A stretch of 55,800 bases of DNA, counting the filler, from Platydemus manokwari (Eukaryota), in the NCBI GenBank assembly GCA_037951405.1. It is 5 parts of 5 records of this genome, joined end to end, with 100 filler letters (N's around TTAATTAATTAA, not from the genome) between each part and the next. Parts side by side here need not be neighbours in the genome. Positions count along the whole stretch, not along the records: positions 11,589 to 22,614 come from JBBMOY010964417.1; positions 22,715 to 32,603 come from JBBMOY011192210.1; 3 more parts are not named here. The stretch is one strand, 5' to 3'. The position numbers and the translations under genes were made by a program. Position 1 is the first letter of the stretch, and each line of letters opens with the position of its first letter. The notes below the pieces were generated by a model. That model was not told the DNA's origin and did not search any database. It was given only the letters and a program-made list of their open reading frames with translations. Shown piece after piece: positions 15,001-27,525 of this stretch.

Positions 15001-17063
15001 CTTTAAAACTATCATTTTCAAAATACTCTACCAATATCACCACTGATACCAATATTTACTGTTTTATGGATCTAGAATCACTCATACAATACAGTAGCTT
15101 CACAACCACTTTAGCATTCGAATTTGATTCAAAAATGAAATCTTTAAATTTCATAAGATTGTTTATACAAAAGATCAAGGCTTGTATTTGATAAAAGATA
15201 GAATTTCAGCAACTTCTACTTTTCTTCACTTGTTAAATATTCTCTTTCTTTTTAGATTTATATTTTTCATACTCACAATAGATGAATAAATTAATGATTA
15301 AACAATAAAAACTAAGGAAATGTGTTTTCTTTTACACCAATTAATATACAATGTTCAAATTGGAAAATCATTTTTTAAATATATTCTTATGGTTTTTAAT
15401 AATTTTTGACTTAGATGTTCATAATAAGCTGTATTCATATTTGACAGATTCCATTGTAAATTAAAAAATTTGGCAAATGAAATTTTTTGCTCGTATCAAA
15501 AGCATTATTTGATATATTTGAATATTATTAACGTGTTTTCCGCAATTATTTATAAGTGAAAATCGCCAGTTTCAAAATGATTTTTCTCAATATTTCAAAA
15601 TTAGAAAATTGACGATTATTTTCGATATATTCTTCTCTCATTATCTTCAATTAACTTGAAGTATTTTCAATCATTATCTGTTTTATTAATTCGATAAATA
15701 ATGCTATTCCAGTTATGAAGTGAATTAATTATTTCAATTAGCTATTATTAGGATAATGGCATCGGAGCAAATTTTAAATGTCAAATCTCATTACAAATAT
15801 AAACATTTGTTATACTGAGTTAACAAGGAAGTTTCGGCCAACTAGAGCTGGCCATAGAGACAATTGTATATAAAAGTATTTCGTTTGTTTAACCTATTGT
15901 CCTGTAAATAAATCAGATTGCTTATATTATGAAAAATCATCTAGCAATTCACTGGAATAAATGCGTCTTAACCAGTTTTAATATTTTTAATATTTATTTT
16001 TTATATTTTTAATATTAGCTTATGGACAAATTATTTATTCCATTATTTTCTATCAGTATCATTAATGTAATACTTACTAAAGTTTATATTAATAAATATA
16101 ATATTATCAAATATAATATAATGAAAATATTATTATATAATCAATATCATAAACTTTAATTAAAAACAAGAAAGTTATTTTTTAAAATTTTAAATATAAA
16201 CAACTATAAGCAAACTTTCCGCATTCATGATTTTGTAATAATGATTGATCCATCAAATGTATGCCTGCATTATGAAAAGGACATTTAGTTATTTGATATT
16301 TAATAGCCATATTGAAAAGAGCTTCCAATCGTTTAGGAGGTAACATAACTTGAGCAGGAATAAATCCCTGTAATTTATCCACAAGTATTTCTCTACTACC
16401 GCCATTTTTACCTTTCCAGCTTGCCATATTATGCAACTCTGAAATTTCTTTATACATAAGACACCTAACTTCAAAATCAAGATTGGTCATCATAGTAAAT
16501 ATAATACGTTGCTAAGTGATGAACCCTATCTCTGTTCAAATTCATAGGAGTTAAACGTTCTCGAAGTAATTCAACACCATGCAAAAAATTTTTATCTTCC
16601 ATAGCTTCTAAAATTCTTTGTTCGAGAATAAGAAATTGCATCTGACGAAGATGTTCATCAGAATTTACTTCATACTTTAAATTTGATAAAGCATCTTCTG
16701 CCTTAATTAATAATATTTATTTCATTCGAAATCATAGAATTACTTCGACCCAATTTCCAGATAGTACTGATTCTCTTAACTTTGCGACGTTATGATTTTC
16801 CAAAACAACACCAGATTCAGATACCAATTTCTCATAAGTATCCCTTACACACAAATTTACATAGTATTTCAAAAAAAATGTTACTTATAATTTTTCTCCA
16901 AAAGATACTGAGCAAAACAGCGAAGAATTTCAGTTTGCCTTATTGACGAATTCATTTGATTATCAGCTTCTCCAGATGCTATTGTAGTTGTATCCATAGT
17001 ATGATCGTCAAATACATGATTACCATTAACTAATAAATAATCAGTTTTTCCGTTGATTGCCAT
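12006..17063 (-). CDS. WDR26: WD repeat-containing protein 26 (GID7, CTLH/GID E3 ligase subunit), 5' portion; 3' exons not in this contig
   Basis: Spliced by hand with GT-AG introns and consistent phases: exons 17063-16885, 16843-16744, 16701-16508, 16464-16216, 12790-12569, 12525-12351, 12302-~12006 (last donor uncertain, 12006 or 12026). Introns are 41, 42, 43, 3425, 43 and 48 nt. The protein shows LisH (EILRCFAQYLLEKNYKDTYEKLVSESG), CTLH (KLRESVLSGNWVEAE), the WDR26-typical LVDKLQGFIPAQVMLPPKRLEAL...CPFHN, then WD40 repeats (ELWVCKFSPNG, SWSSDS, LVADTHKRIREYQF). Confidence 0.9.
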
Positions 17064-18599
17064 CACTTAATGTTTATATTTATCAGTTGATAACCTGAAT
17101 AATTGAAATCAAAATTTCAGCTGATATAAACTATTATGATTTCTAAAATAATTACTTAAATTAATTGAAAAAAACAAATACAATGTGTCAATTTTATGTT
17201 GAAGTGTTATTTAATATTTTTTATATAAAAACTATAATGTTAGCAATCTTCAATTTTTTTATGAACAAGTTCAATTTATTAAAATATTTATTAATGTTAA
17301 TAAAGTAAAAATTGTATGATGATTGTGTTTTCAATCTAAAAATATATAAAATCAATGAGTTGCTTTAATAGAAATCTCAAATGATTTTACCACCATAGGT
17401 GTTGTTTTATGTAACTACTAATTTAATATCACTAGTTATATTAAGCATAATACATGTACATGAAATAGTTCCAAAAGACTAAAAAAGTCTTGGAGCATAT
17501 TTTTAATTAATCAATTTCACGAATTAATTGAACTTTGTTTTGGTTTCATGAAATGATTTGAACTATCAGGTCTAGTGAAGATAAAGAATGCTTTGACATA
17601 ATGCTAATATAAATGAAAAGTAATAAAAAGTTTTAATTTCTCTCCGTGCACATTATTTCTTCATAGACGTGGTATCTACGTATTTTGTACTGATGTAATT
17701 TAATGTTGTTGGTGATAATTTATTAGCTTTGAAGGTAGATGAATGGTTATATAATTCTGCCAATATCTGACTCGTCACATTGCCCAAGCGTAGTTTGCGT
17801 ATATAGATTTTAGTTTCAATTATATAGATATAATAAAGCAATTGAAGCCAATAATGTGTATTCAATCAATATAAAATATACAGTTATATAATAATTATTA
17901 TTACACAAAATGATTTGAACCTTAAGTGATTTTATGATTGTAACGTTGACGTGCTCTGAAGACGATAGAAAAACCAGTGTTGTTAATTATTACCACATAA
18001 CTCTTGTGAAAAAAGGGTCTGTACAGATTTAAAGTTAAAAATATGTCTAATGTTCTTTGAATACTTTTACTTAGTAAATTTATGATTTGATAATTCCCTT
18101 TCGGGTAACATTAACATAAACTATAATTGATAACAATAAGTAAAAAACACTAATATTTATACCATGAAATCCAAGTTTCTTTTTTCTTATTTGCCAAAAT
18201 TATCCGTGCGAATTTCTACATTTCACTTCCTTCATATGCAGTTTTTTTTCTGATTGGCTGTTTTTCATAATTGAATTGTCCATATTATTTTCAAGATTAA
18301 TTAATTGATTTATCAATTCAGATTTATTTTAAAAAATTTAAATGATTTTCTTTTTGATATTATTTTTAAAATTTATGATCTATATATTAATTAGAGTGAT
18401 TCATTTTTACATATAAAAATTAATGCATGTGTTATTATTATTATTTTAAATTTTGAGTGGTTTATTTTCTACAATAAAGTGTTTCCCCTAAAATTAAAAT
18501 GTTTTGTAGCACATCTTCATAATAATTGCTAATTAAAAGATTTAGCTTTTAGCTTAGCCTATATCTGCATATTCTTACGTAATAATATTCTTACAGTAC

Positions 18600-19589
18600 T
18601 TTTGTTAGGTCTACCTAATATATTTGAGTCAAGTCCTCCACGTCAAAATATTTTTGAGTAACTAAAGATTGCTACCGACCTATCTAACTAACCTGATGTT
18701 AGATTTCATTTCGCATACCATTTATCATGTTTTTATTGAAGAAATTCTTGATTATCTCAACAGATTAAAAGACAAAACGAAATCAGGACCTCTGTTTGAA
18801 TTCTCTTCTGGACAATACACTAATGAGTTTAAACACATACATAATAATAAAGTCTCTTCAACAAAAAGGTTTACCTTTATCACTTGCTACATTTTCCAAC
18901 TTCAACAACAATCACTATGTGCCCAAAATTTCAAAATTTCATGACGACGTTCTATCTGCATCAAAATCTTATGATTTCCCGATAAACTCGTCTAAAAATT
19001 CACGAAAGCAATAAATTCAGAAGAGAGCAAAAAATATAGGGCAAATCCTACTCATGCCTACTCTCACGAAAAACACTGGACTCTGCTCGATCACAAGAAA
19101 GAGACATTTGAAAAAAATTGCTAAAATAAACTCTAATTCTGAACTTTATAACACCCTATAATGGAAATCTATACTACTCAGCCAAGAAGAGAAAAAGTGG
19201 GCCTAACCTCAGAAACTTTTCATCACTCATCAACTATCTGGATGCTCTATCCTGTGCCTGCTGTAACTACCAGCCATATGCGAAGACACTTAATCGCCTC
19301 TTTTCACATTTTAAAGTCGATGTCAAACAGTCAAAATGTACCAAGAAACAACCCAAAACAAACAAGTATCCAAAACTGAAAGGACTCTTCTCTCTTTTGG
19401 GTTGCAAATGTGATCAATGTATAAAAAACTACGTGAAAAACTTTCTTCAAAATCCATCCCTAACAACTCGTTAAACTCTCAATTCAGAAAAGCTTTTAAT
19501 ACCCTGCAAAACATCAAATGTAACTGCAGTCTCTGCACAAAACTTTTCTCTAAAACATTGGTTGGTGCCTTTGTTAAAAATTGTCGGGT
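18600..19589 (+). mobile_element. Decayed Penelope-like reverse transcriptase remnant
   Basis: ORF 18796-19014 contains QQKGLPLSLA...FHDDVL, resembling Q..GLPMGSPLS..LA and YVDD with a deletion. A downstream CNCSLC resembles the Cys-rich linker before a GIY-YIG domain. Confidence 0.45.
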
Positions 19590-20475
19590 TGTATTAAGAT
19601 AATAGTAATAAGTTTAAATTATAAATGTCCAATTTGTAAAAAGATATAGGTAATGCCCGAAACTGTATCAGAAGGAGTTTTTAACGCTAAATAAATTCCC
19701 AAAATATGGTTATCCTAGATCTCCAACTTATCTGGACTCCAAACAGATAAGAGGTTGTTGTTGCTAGAACATTCAGGTGATCATAATGAAAATAGTATTT
19801 AAAATATAAATGATAAATAAGTAAAATAGAATGAACAATACAAAACAAAACAAAATAAAATATATTGATCTAAAACCAATAATTGAATTACAACACATTT
19901 AAATAACTCAAGACTGTATTCGTTATTGTGGGAGGAAAGAGATGTGTATTCAAGTAAAAAGTAAAGGGCGTACCGCTTAGGTACTCGGGTAAGCCTCTCG
20001 TGACAAAAAGTTGAAAGTGGGGAACTTTTTAAGTGAGAACCTATATGAGTTTAAAAGACCTCAAGTTTAAGACTACCCGTGGGTCGGTAATTAACAAAAT
20101 AGTGAAAAAATATACTTGTTGAATGCATCATAAAATAAAATTCTTCAAATGTGGAGGATAAAAATTTTCATACAATCAATAATAAGTTTCTTCGAATTCT
20201 GAGGATTCAAATGGTCATACAATAGCTTTAAATGTTCATACAATTTGTAGTTGTAATGAGTCGAAGTGCGAGTGCTGTCTGTGTATGCCAGTATATATAC
20301 TATTTAATGTTTTATAGTGAATCATACATATTGTTGCTATTTTTAGCGTATGTACAGCATAGGCTACTATTTTTAGTTCAAGTGTCTATTTATTGCAACT
20401 CGTGTTGTTATTTATATTTTCGAGGGTCTCAACTATCCTAAATTAAAATTCGAGGACCTTGCAGCTCTCCGCACA
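19590..20475 (-). mobile_element. Probable solo LTR (family B, copy 1)
   Basis: Clear colinear homology over about 800 bp to 52290-53029 plus 54755-54903. Candidate TG...CA ends and a TATA-like GTATATATAC near 20291. No TSD found, so the ends are approximate. Confidence 0.65.
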
Positions 20476-21002
20476 ATGGACTATCAAAATAAAAAACAAA
20501 ACAATAGCCTCTAATTAAAAATTTAACTAAAATTAGGTTATTTGTTATTGAATAATTGCTGTTTATTCAATTGCTATTTCATTTGATATTTTGGTGACTA
20601 TTATTTGTACAATATTTGACTTAATAAACATATATTTTCATTTATCCCTATTTTTTTATTTATATTTAAATTATTTTTATTGTTTCTACTACTGTGCCTT
20701 CGGAGTCACAGAAAAAATAATTAATGATATCATTCTACTTTACCCACCAAATCTTTCTCAGCTAAAACAACAGGTAAAACCTAACGGTATATTGCAAGAA
20801 CTATCTTGCCTTAAAAACCTTGTCATCCCTTTATCCATATTCAGTTGCAAATCTAACCTAATTTACATGATAATATATTTGTTGGAGTGATAATCAACGA
20901 ATTATCCTAAAAAATATATTAAACTACGATGCCACAAGCTTTATAAATACAATTTTATTATTCAAGTTTTTATTCAAGTCAAAGATAGTCTATCAAACAA
21001 AA

Positions 21003-21797
21003 TAAGATCAGCACCCAAAAGTTAAAGACAGAATAGAGAAGACTGGTTGCTGAAAATCACGTAAAGCTAAGAATAACACACAGGTTATAGGCCAAACAAG
21101 ACTAGCAGTTAATCATGGAAGTTAACTTATTTTATAGACCTATTGAGTGTGTCTGCTTGATATCACGGATTTTTGTTTTTCATTTGCTGAATTAGTTCCT
21201 AGATCGATCTGCTTGCAATTTTCTTTGTATCTCTTATGCCATTGATTTACTTCCATTTGTATGTATGTGCCTGTCTATTTTTAAATTCCAAATACGGATT
21301 TAAATCAGAAAGAAGATGATTGGCTGACGGCACATGTGTTTATCGGATCTGTGTGTGTCGACCTTTTAAATTACACAATTAAAATCAAGCTAAATTAATT
21401 ATAAATAATCATGCAAAGTAAGATCAGCATCCGAAAGTTAAACAATAAAATAAAAACAACCACAAAGATTGGTTATCAGAAAAATCACATAAAAGTCAAA
21501 CAAAATAAAAATTACCGAACAAACAGACATGCAGTTGCTCGTGAAATCTAACTCCTTTATCGTGTATGTTCACCTAATGCCTCATTGCTTAACTTTTCAT
21601 TCGGTAGAGTGGTTCACACATCAATCTGTTAACAATTTCTTTTACATCTCTTGTACCATTGGCGACTCTTGGTGTTTGTTGTCAGCTATTGGGATACGCC
21701 AGTCGATTATTGAATTCTAAATACGGGTTAATATATAAGAAGAATCTGATTAGTTATTGACAGTGTGCTTATCAAATCTGTGTATCAACCCTTTAAG
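21003..21797. repeat. Diverged tandem duplication, unit about 416-430 bp
   Basis: TAAGATCAGCA at 21003 and 21419; AAAATCAC, AAATACGG and ATCTGTGT blocks recur in the same order. Confidence 0.7.
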
Positions 21798-21942
21798 GAC
21801 TATTTACTATAGTTTTTTGAATATTTTTGTTGTTTTTGACCCATCTAACAGTATAATAATATTCATTTATAAAGAACAAAATAATAAATGAAATAAATAA
21901 TTATCGGAGCAATATATTTTCCATTATATAACTCAAGAAAAT

Positions 21943-22533
21943 CAAATAATCTCAAATAATAAATTAAATTAGGTATTTGCAAAATTGAAAGGATAGGAAA
22001 TAATATACAATTTCCACGAGGATTCTAAAAAGCATTTAATGCAAGAACAACATCAGAACAAAGCCTGGCTTGATATTGAAACTACTAAGCTCATTCCACG
22101 AAGAATCTACAATTGTTTTCTATGACTTCATTGTAAAGCCATAAGAATTAAAAACTTATACATCCAATATCTTACTGGGAGATAAATTAGTAAGGTTAGT
22201 TTATATAAAATTATGTATAATTTTTACTAACCGTTATATTTCTATATTTAGCACTAAGCTTGTTCTTGGAAATCGATTTTATTCCAATTAAACGAAGAGG
22301 TTAATAATTCATACCTCGCCGAAAATTGTCTTTGGTTGTCATTTAAGTGCACATTAATATTTAAATTTGCATCGGTATTAATTTGTAAAATTAATGAACA
22401 TCAACATAATCACGAGTGTATATTTAATTTATAACTATTTTGGATTGAGGATTTAATTTTTATTTGAAAATTTTGGTTTTCATTAAATCCTCAATCCAAA
22501 TACCTAATTTAATTTATTATTTGAGATTATTTG
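21943..22533. repeat. Perfect 37-bp inverted repeat with an inner 19-bp hairpin
   Basis: 21943-21979 is the exact reverse complement of 22497-22533; 22439-22457 pairs with 22482-22500. Confidence 0.85.
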
Positions 22534-22614
22534 GGTCTATAACTTAAAAACCGGAATTTTTTTTAGAACAATTGAGTGTTTATTAAAGAAAATCTTGTAC
22601 AATTCTGTTATCCA

Positions 22615-22714
22615 NNNNNNNNNNNNNNNNNNNNNNNNNNNNNNNNNNNNNNNNNNNNTTAATTAATTAANNNNNNNNNNNNNNNNNNNNNNNNNNNNNN
22701 NNNNNNNNNNNNNN
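22615..22714. other. Artificial contig linker
   Basis: Same 100-nt structure. Confidence 0.97.
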
Positions 22715-22943
22715 TATTGTTAGTGAATCTATAATAATCGATACCAATATTGTTCGTCACCATTTATAAAAGATTTGAATAAAATTGGAGTTTTTATGAA
22801 TCTATTATTTGAAAAATCTTTGGGCCTATCCTGTATAATTTCAATTCATATGTCTAGACAGTGATAATCAAAGGGATATCTTCATTGAAATCATGAATGA
22901 AAATCGATAATTCTAATAAGACGAATATTGTTTTTACAATAGA

Positions 22944-23487
22944 GTAACTATGGCAACAACTAAGTTATTTTGGATTTTTTTTTTATAAATATATGATACC
23001 AGTTTTCGATTATTTTAAAAGAATCTTCTCAATATCTCGATCCAAATAGATTAAAATCAACTGATTAGAATGAAAGCAATGGGTTTTGTTATGTTTTATT
23101 AGTTTGTTCGTACCAACACGTGACCATGGCAACAAGAGCTGAACTTTTTATCTACAAATCCGCCCCACTTGTGATAATTATGTATTCGGAATTTCATTGA
23201 AAAGCAAAAGAAAGAAACACAATTTTCAAACAACAACGACAAAGAAAAAAAAATCTTCATCTAGGCCATAAATATAGGTCACTGTTGACAGTTAGTAAAA
23301 GGAAATTTTGTTTGAATCATACATATATCGACAGATAAATGCCGATTTGTACGTAATTTCCATTTATCGTCCATTGCAATCAGTTTGGTTTTGATAATTG
23401 ATGATACTGCGTTTGGGAAATGTGTAGATTATTTAATGATTTGCCCTCCTTTGATAAATACCGTCAACCCCCAGTAACCATGACAAC
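22944..23487. promoter_or_regulatory. Cluster of three RFX X-box motifs
   Basis: GTAACTATGGCAAC (22944-22957), GTGACCATGGCAAC (23120-23133) and GTAACCATGACAAC (23474-23487), plus an E-box CACGTG (23117-23122) and a GC-box CCGCCCC (23160-23166). Confidence 0.6.
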
Positions 23488-26199
23488 CGTTTCCAGTAAG
23501 ATAAATATTGAATATCTCTACCGAAACGAAATGGCGATTGATTTAAAAATGCAACAACGAATAGAAAAGCACCAAAAAAAAACAAGATTTTCAGATTATT
23601 TTTTTTTGTATTTTAATTTTTTTTATCATTCCAAATGGCTACAAGAGAAATATAAATCAATAATTTCACTGGAGTATCAAAGACATTTTTATTATAAAAA
23701 TCGACTGATGTTTTGTTTTGAACATTTTTTGTTTCTGCTATAGCATTGAATAGGTCGATATTGTCACTGTTAATGTCTGTCGAATTTATTTAATTTTCAG
23801 AAATGTCACTCATAACACAAACATCAGATTATTTTCGTTGTGAAAAAGTATTTTTCAGCTCATGATATTTACATAGCGATGCCGTTTCATTGTTTATATC
23901 AATAAATGCTTATAACTTTCCATTGTCAAGACAACTGCGCGTTGGAATTAAATGAGGAAACTCTACCAGTTAAACTGTGAGAAGGCCACATTCATATTGT
24001 ATTGATTTGGATGAATCGATTAAGTTCACAACATGGTTACCTCATAAACCTTTCAATCTCTCCCATGCACTTTATTAGCCATTTTAATATTGATTTTAAA
24101 CTTTATCGATAGTTGATATTAAAATATCGATTCTCATTTTATATATTTGATATTCAATAATGAAAGATATTGATTAATAATTGATTAAAATTCTAATATA
24201 TCAATCTGATAAAAATCAATTTATCAAAACTAGGTCATGTTTAATGAATTCCAAATATAAAACCACTCACTCGTTTGATTTTCCCGTAAATTTTAATTCC
24301 ACATAAATCCCCTACTGTCAGTTCAACAACATGTGCACATACGAATTAAAAGTTTTAAAGTTAGACAACCTTAGAGACTCTGATTTTCATTCGGTAAAAC
24401 AAATTAGATATTTGTTAATAATAATTTTCTTTGCTATTTCATGTAGCATAAAAATGTGATTTTTAGCCAATGAAAATGATTTTTGTTTAGAAAAATAATT
24501 TAAATTTTTTTTTATAATCAATTTTTAAATAAATCAATGATTTTTTTGGTCTTATTTATAGATTTTAAAGTAACTGAAAAGAATATGACTTAATTCTTAT
24601 TCTATACCAACCATCGCATGGGACTTGAAAATAACTTTTTTCATTTGTATTATTAGATAAATTTATGCTTGATTGGTACTGGATTTTATATAAATACATA
24701 ATTATTGATTTAAAATAATATAGAATACTGTATAATTTTGTATGAATTTATATTTTTCACAATTATTGTTAATCGATTAAAATATCCAGATAAAGTAATA
24801 AATCATTGCCGATAAAATATATAGTCAATAATAAATCAATAAATTATAAATTGTTACAAATAAATTAATAACAAGCAAATTAACCCGACAATGAAAATTC
24901 ACTGATAGCCAGGGAAAGAAAATCCGTAATTAATAACAACGAAAATTATAACTCTAAAATAATCCACGTCTATTTTATCGCTACAGCAATGGTGGAACAA
25001 CCAGTATAAATATCCATCCACACTAAGAAGGAGGCCCTTAACCGAAAAAATCACTAAACAACTAAATTCTATCACGAATCATATCCACTGTAGTTAATTT
25101 ATTCTACGAGCCTTTCCTATGGTGTTCAATTGTTGGTTTCTTGCCCACTCTTCTCTCGACACCTCTTTCAACTTTTGATCATCAAGCCAAAAAAATCAAT
25201 TATTAGTTAAAAAATCAATTACTGATTCGCATCTATAATATTAAAGTAACTTTTGTATTTCCAAATACAATTGTCATCTTGAATTAAAGATCTTACTCCC
25301 AATACATTTGAAAATCCGGTTTATGCATAGGGTTATAAAATCATGTTATCATCGATATTTTATCTTTGTCAAACTGATTTTATACAAAATACATTTTTTG
25401 GAACTTGACTTAGGTTCATCACTATGAAGGATTTTGGAATTTGTAGAAGTTTTGAGTGAAAACGAGTAATCGTGCTCTCACATCACTTTATAGCAATTTT
25501 AATATTTATTAATGTCATCCCCATCGGTGTATTTTTCTGTTCTGATACTGATTCAATAGCTGTCCTGAATCTTCAATGAAATTGCATTTAAAATTACAAG
25601 TTAAATATTGTGAGAAGCACTTGGAAAGATAGCGATAGATTTCGACAACCAATACTATTATGGCCATACTCACGGACTTCGAACTATGGATCGAGTGCTT
25701 AGCGAAGTAAATTGTATTAATAGGTTAGTAACACTTGAGGCCTTTATAGCGTGAGACTGATTAAGGCAAAAGTGGCATCAATCAATAATAAAATTATATT
25801 GAACGTAATAAAGCACACGAGGTCCTAACGCAACAACTTAATATTTCATACTGCAGGAAGCTCAAAACTTGTTTTGATATATCATTAAATAAATGCATCT
25901 ATTGACCTATTGTGATGTGGAAACGTTCACTGTGGTTACACTTTCGAGTAAATTTTTTGAGTGCTACTTCATTTTGAACACAATTTACGGAAAAGAGAAC
26001 ATTTATTTTAATTAAATTTAGTTCTCTGATATCCTGATATCGAATTATTAGAAAAATTTTTTTGGCTCAAAATCACAAAATTATTATCTATTATTTTACT
26101 CATTTATTTAACCAAAATAATTAGTAATCGATATTTGGTTCTTACATGTGCGGTGAATGAATTTCAAATCAGAAAGTATAATGGCCTGAAGAATTTGAG

Positions 26200-26408
26200 C
26201 AATTGGCGGTGAAAACTGAGTGGCGCTCTACTTCGATATGAAGACTAAAGAAGATGATTGTAGACTCTACCAAATTCCTTTGAAGTTTGAGGACCCGTTG
26301 ATTAGAAAAAATATGAAGAATTTACCAATTATAGAATCAAATAAATTTACCACGATCCAAAGATTGAATCGATTGAAAAATCGACAAATAACCAAGATTG
26401 TTGGATAA
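26200..26408 (+). mobile_element. BEL/Pao pol fragment
   Basis: YQIPLKFED...LPIIESNKFTTIQRLNRLKNR resembles the BEL/Pao pre-RT segment Y.V.LPF....L..N...A..RL..L..R. Confidence 0.45.
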
Positions 26409-26929
26409 ATGTGTTCTCTTTGTATGATTACAGTTGGGAAATTGTTATGGAACAATAACGAGTACTGAATTTCAATGTGGAGTGGAACTGTTTTTGAAAT
26501 GGATATGCAAAATAATGAATTTTGTGCTGCTTTATGTACTGTTTGTTTATGGTTTGAGTGAGTCAATATGAGCCCTTACGCGCAGCTACTGCATCACAAA
26601 TCACATGAAGTATTAATAGTGTATTTGGTTCCAATTTCATTACTCAGCAAATAGTATCAAATAAGTTTGAAATATTTTGTACAGTTATCTTTGACTTCAA
26701 AAATGAGCCACGCAGTCTTCTAGGATTAAAGGTTAGTAATGTCAAACTAAAGGTCACAGCTGAGTCTGACTCACCTCAGAGTGCTTAATTGTTATCTTTG
26801 ATATTCGATGTTAGCAAAAAAACAATATTTTTTCATTTGGCTCATTTGAGACAAGTCCGTTCCACAAAAACTGAACCAAAAATCAAACAAAGCTTGCTTT
26901 ACAATGCTCTCGTCAAAATTTGATCCATT

Positions 26930-27525
26930 GTAGATTCGAATTGTAAACCCCCCCCAATGAAATGAATCCAAGGTGACAATTCCAATCCTTTAGCGTAGTC
27001 CTTTGATAAAGATAAATCACTAAAGAGAGTAAAAAATCACAATATTCATCTAAAGAAGCTGATTATGAGTGTTCAGTGCATTGATTCATTATAGCTCATC
27101 ACCCGAAGCATAGACCTGTCGCAACCAACTGGATGAATTTTTGCAAAAAATTAGACAAAACATATATCGATTCTAATCTTTATGCATGACAACGCCAGAT
27201 TACAAATTGTACAAATGGCCGGAGTAAAAGTACCGGAATGAAATTTGGAATTTCTTGATCACTCGACCTAGTCTTCACCAAATACCGATTCTTCCGCAAT
27301 TTGTGCAACTTTTATTGGGTAAACAATGTTATGAGACAATGCTGTAAAACTGTCCACCAATTCATTGACTCTTGTATGTCAGAGCTTCAATCCACAGGCC
27401 TGAACAACCTGCAACTGAAATGGCAAAGGTGTAAGAACAATATGTTTGTGTTCCTTATAAAATGATTCATTATATTTGTATATTATCAAGCTTTTTTTCT
27501 ACAAGTTTCATCCTTTACAACCTAA
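26930..27525 (+). mobile_element. Mariner transposase C-terminal remnant with candidate right TIR
   Basis: NIHLKKLIMSV (LHPKK motif), MHDNARL (HDNARPH motif) at ~27182, a decayed HPPYSPDL motif at ~27260, GLNNLQLKWQRC at ~27397. The end ...CCTTTACAACCTAA resembles a mariner TIR. Confidence 0.75.

Noticed and set aside
18251-18260. CCAAT box (TGATTGGCTG) upstream of WDR26; similar motifs near 21318 and 31211
   Set aside because: Isolated short motifs about 1.2 kb or more from any known start, with no supporting evidence.
23420-23743. 107-aa ORF overlapping the third X-box
   Set aside because: No recognisable homology and an F/Y/K-rich tail. It could hide a short exon, but I cannot support that.
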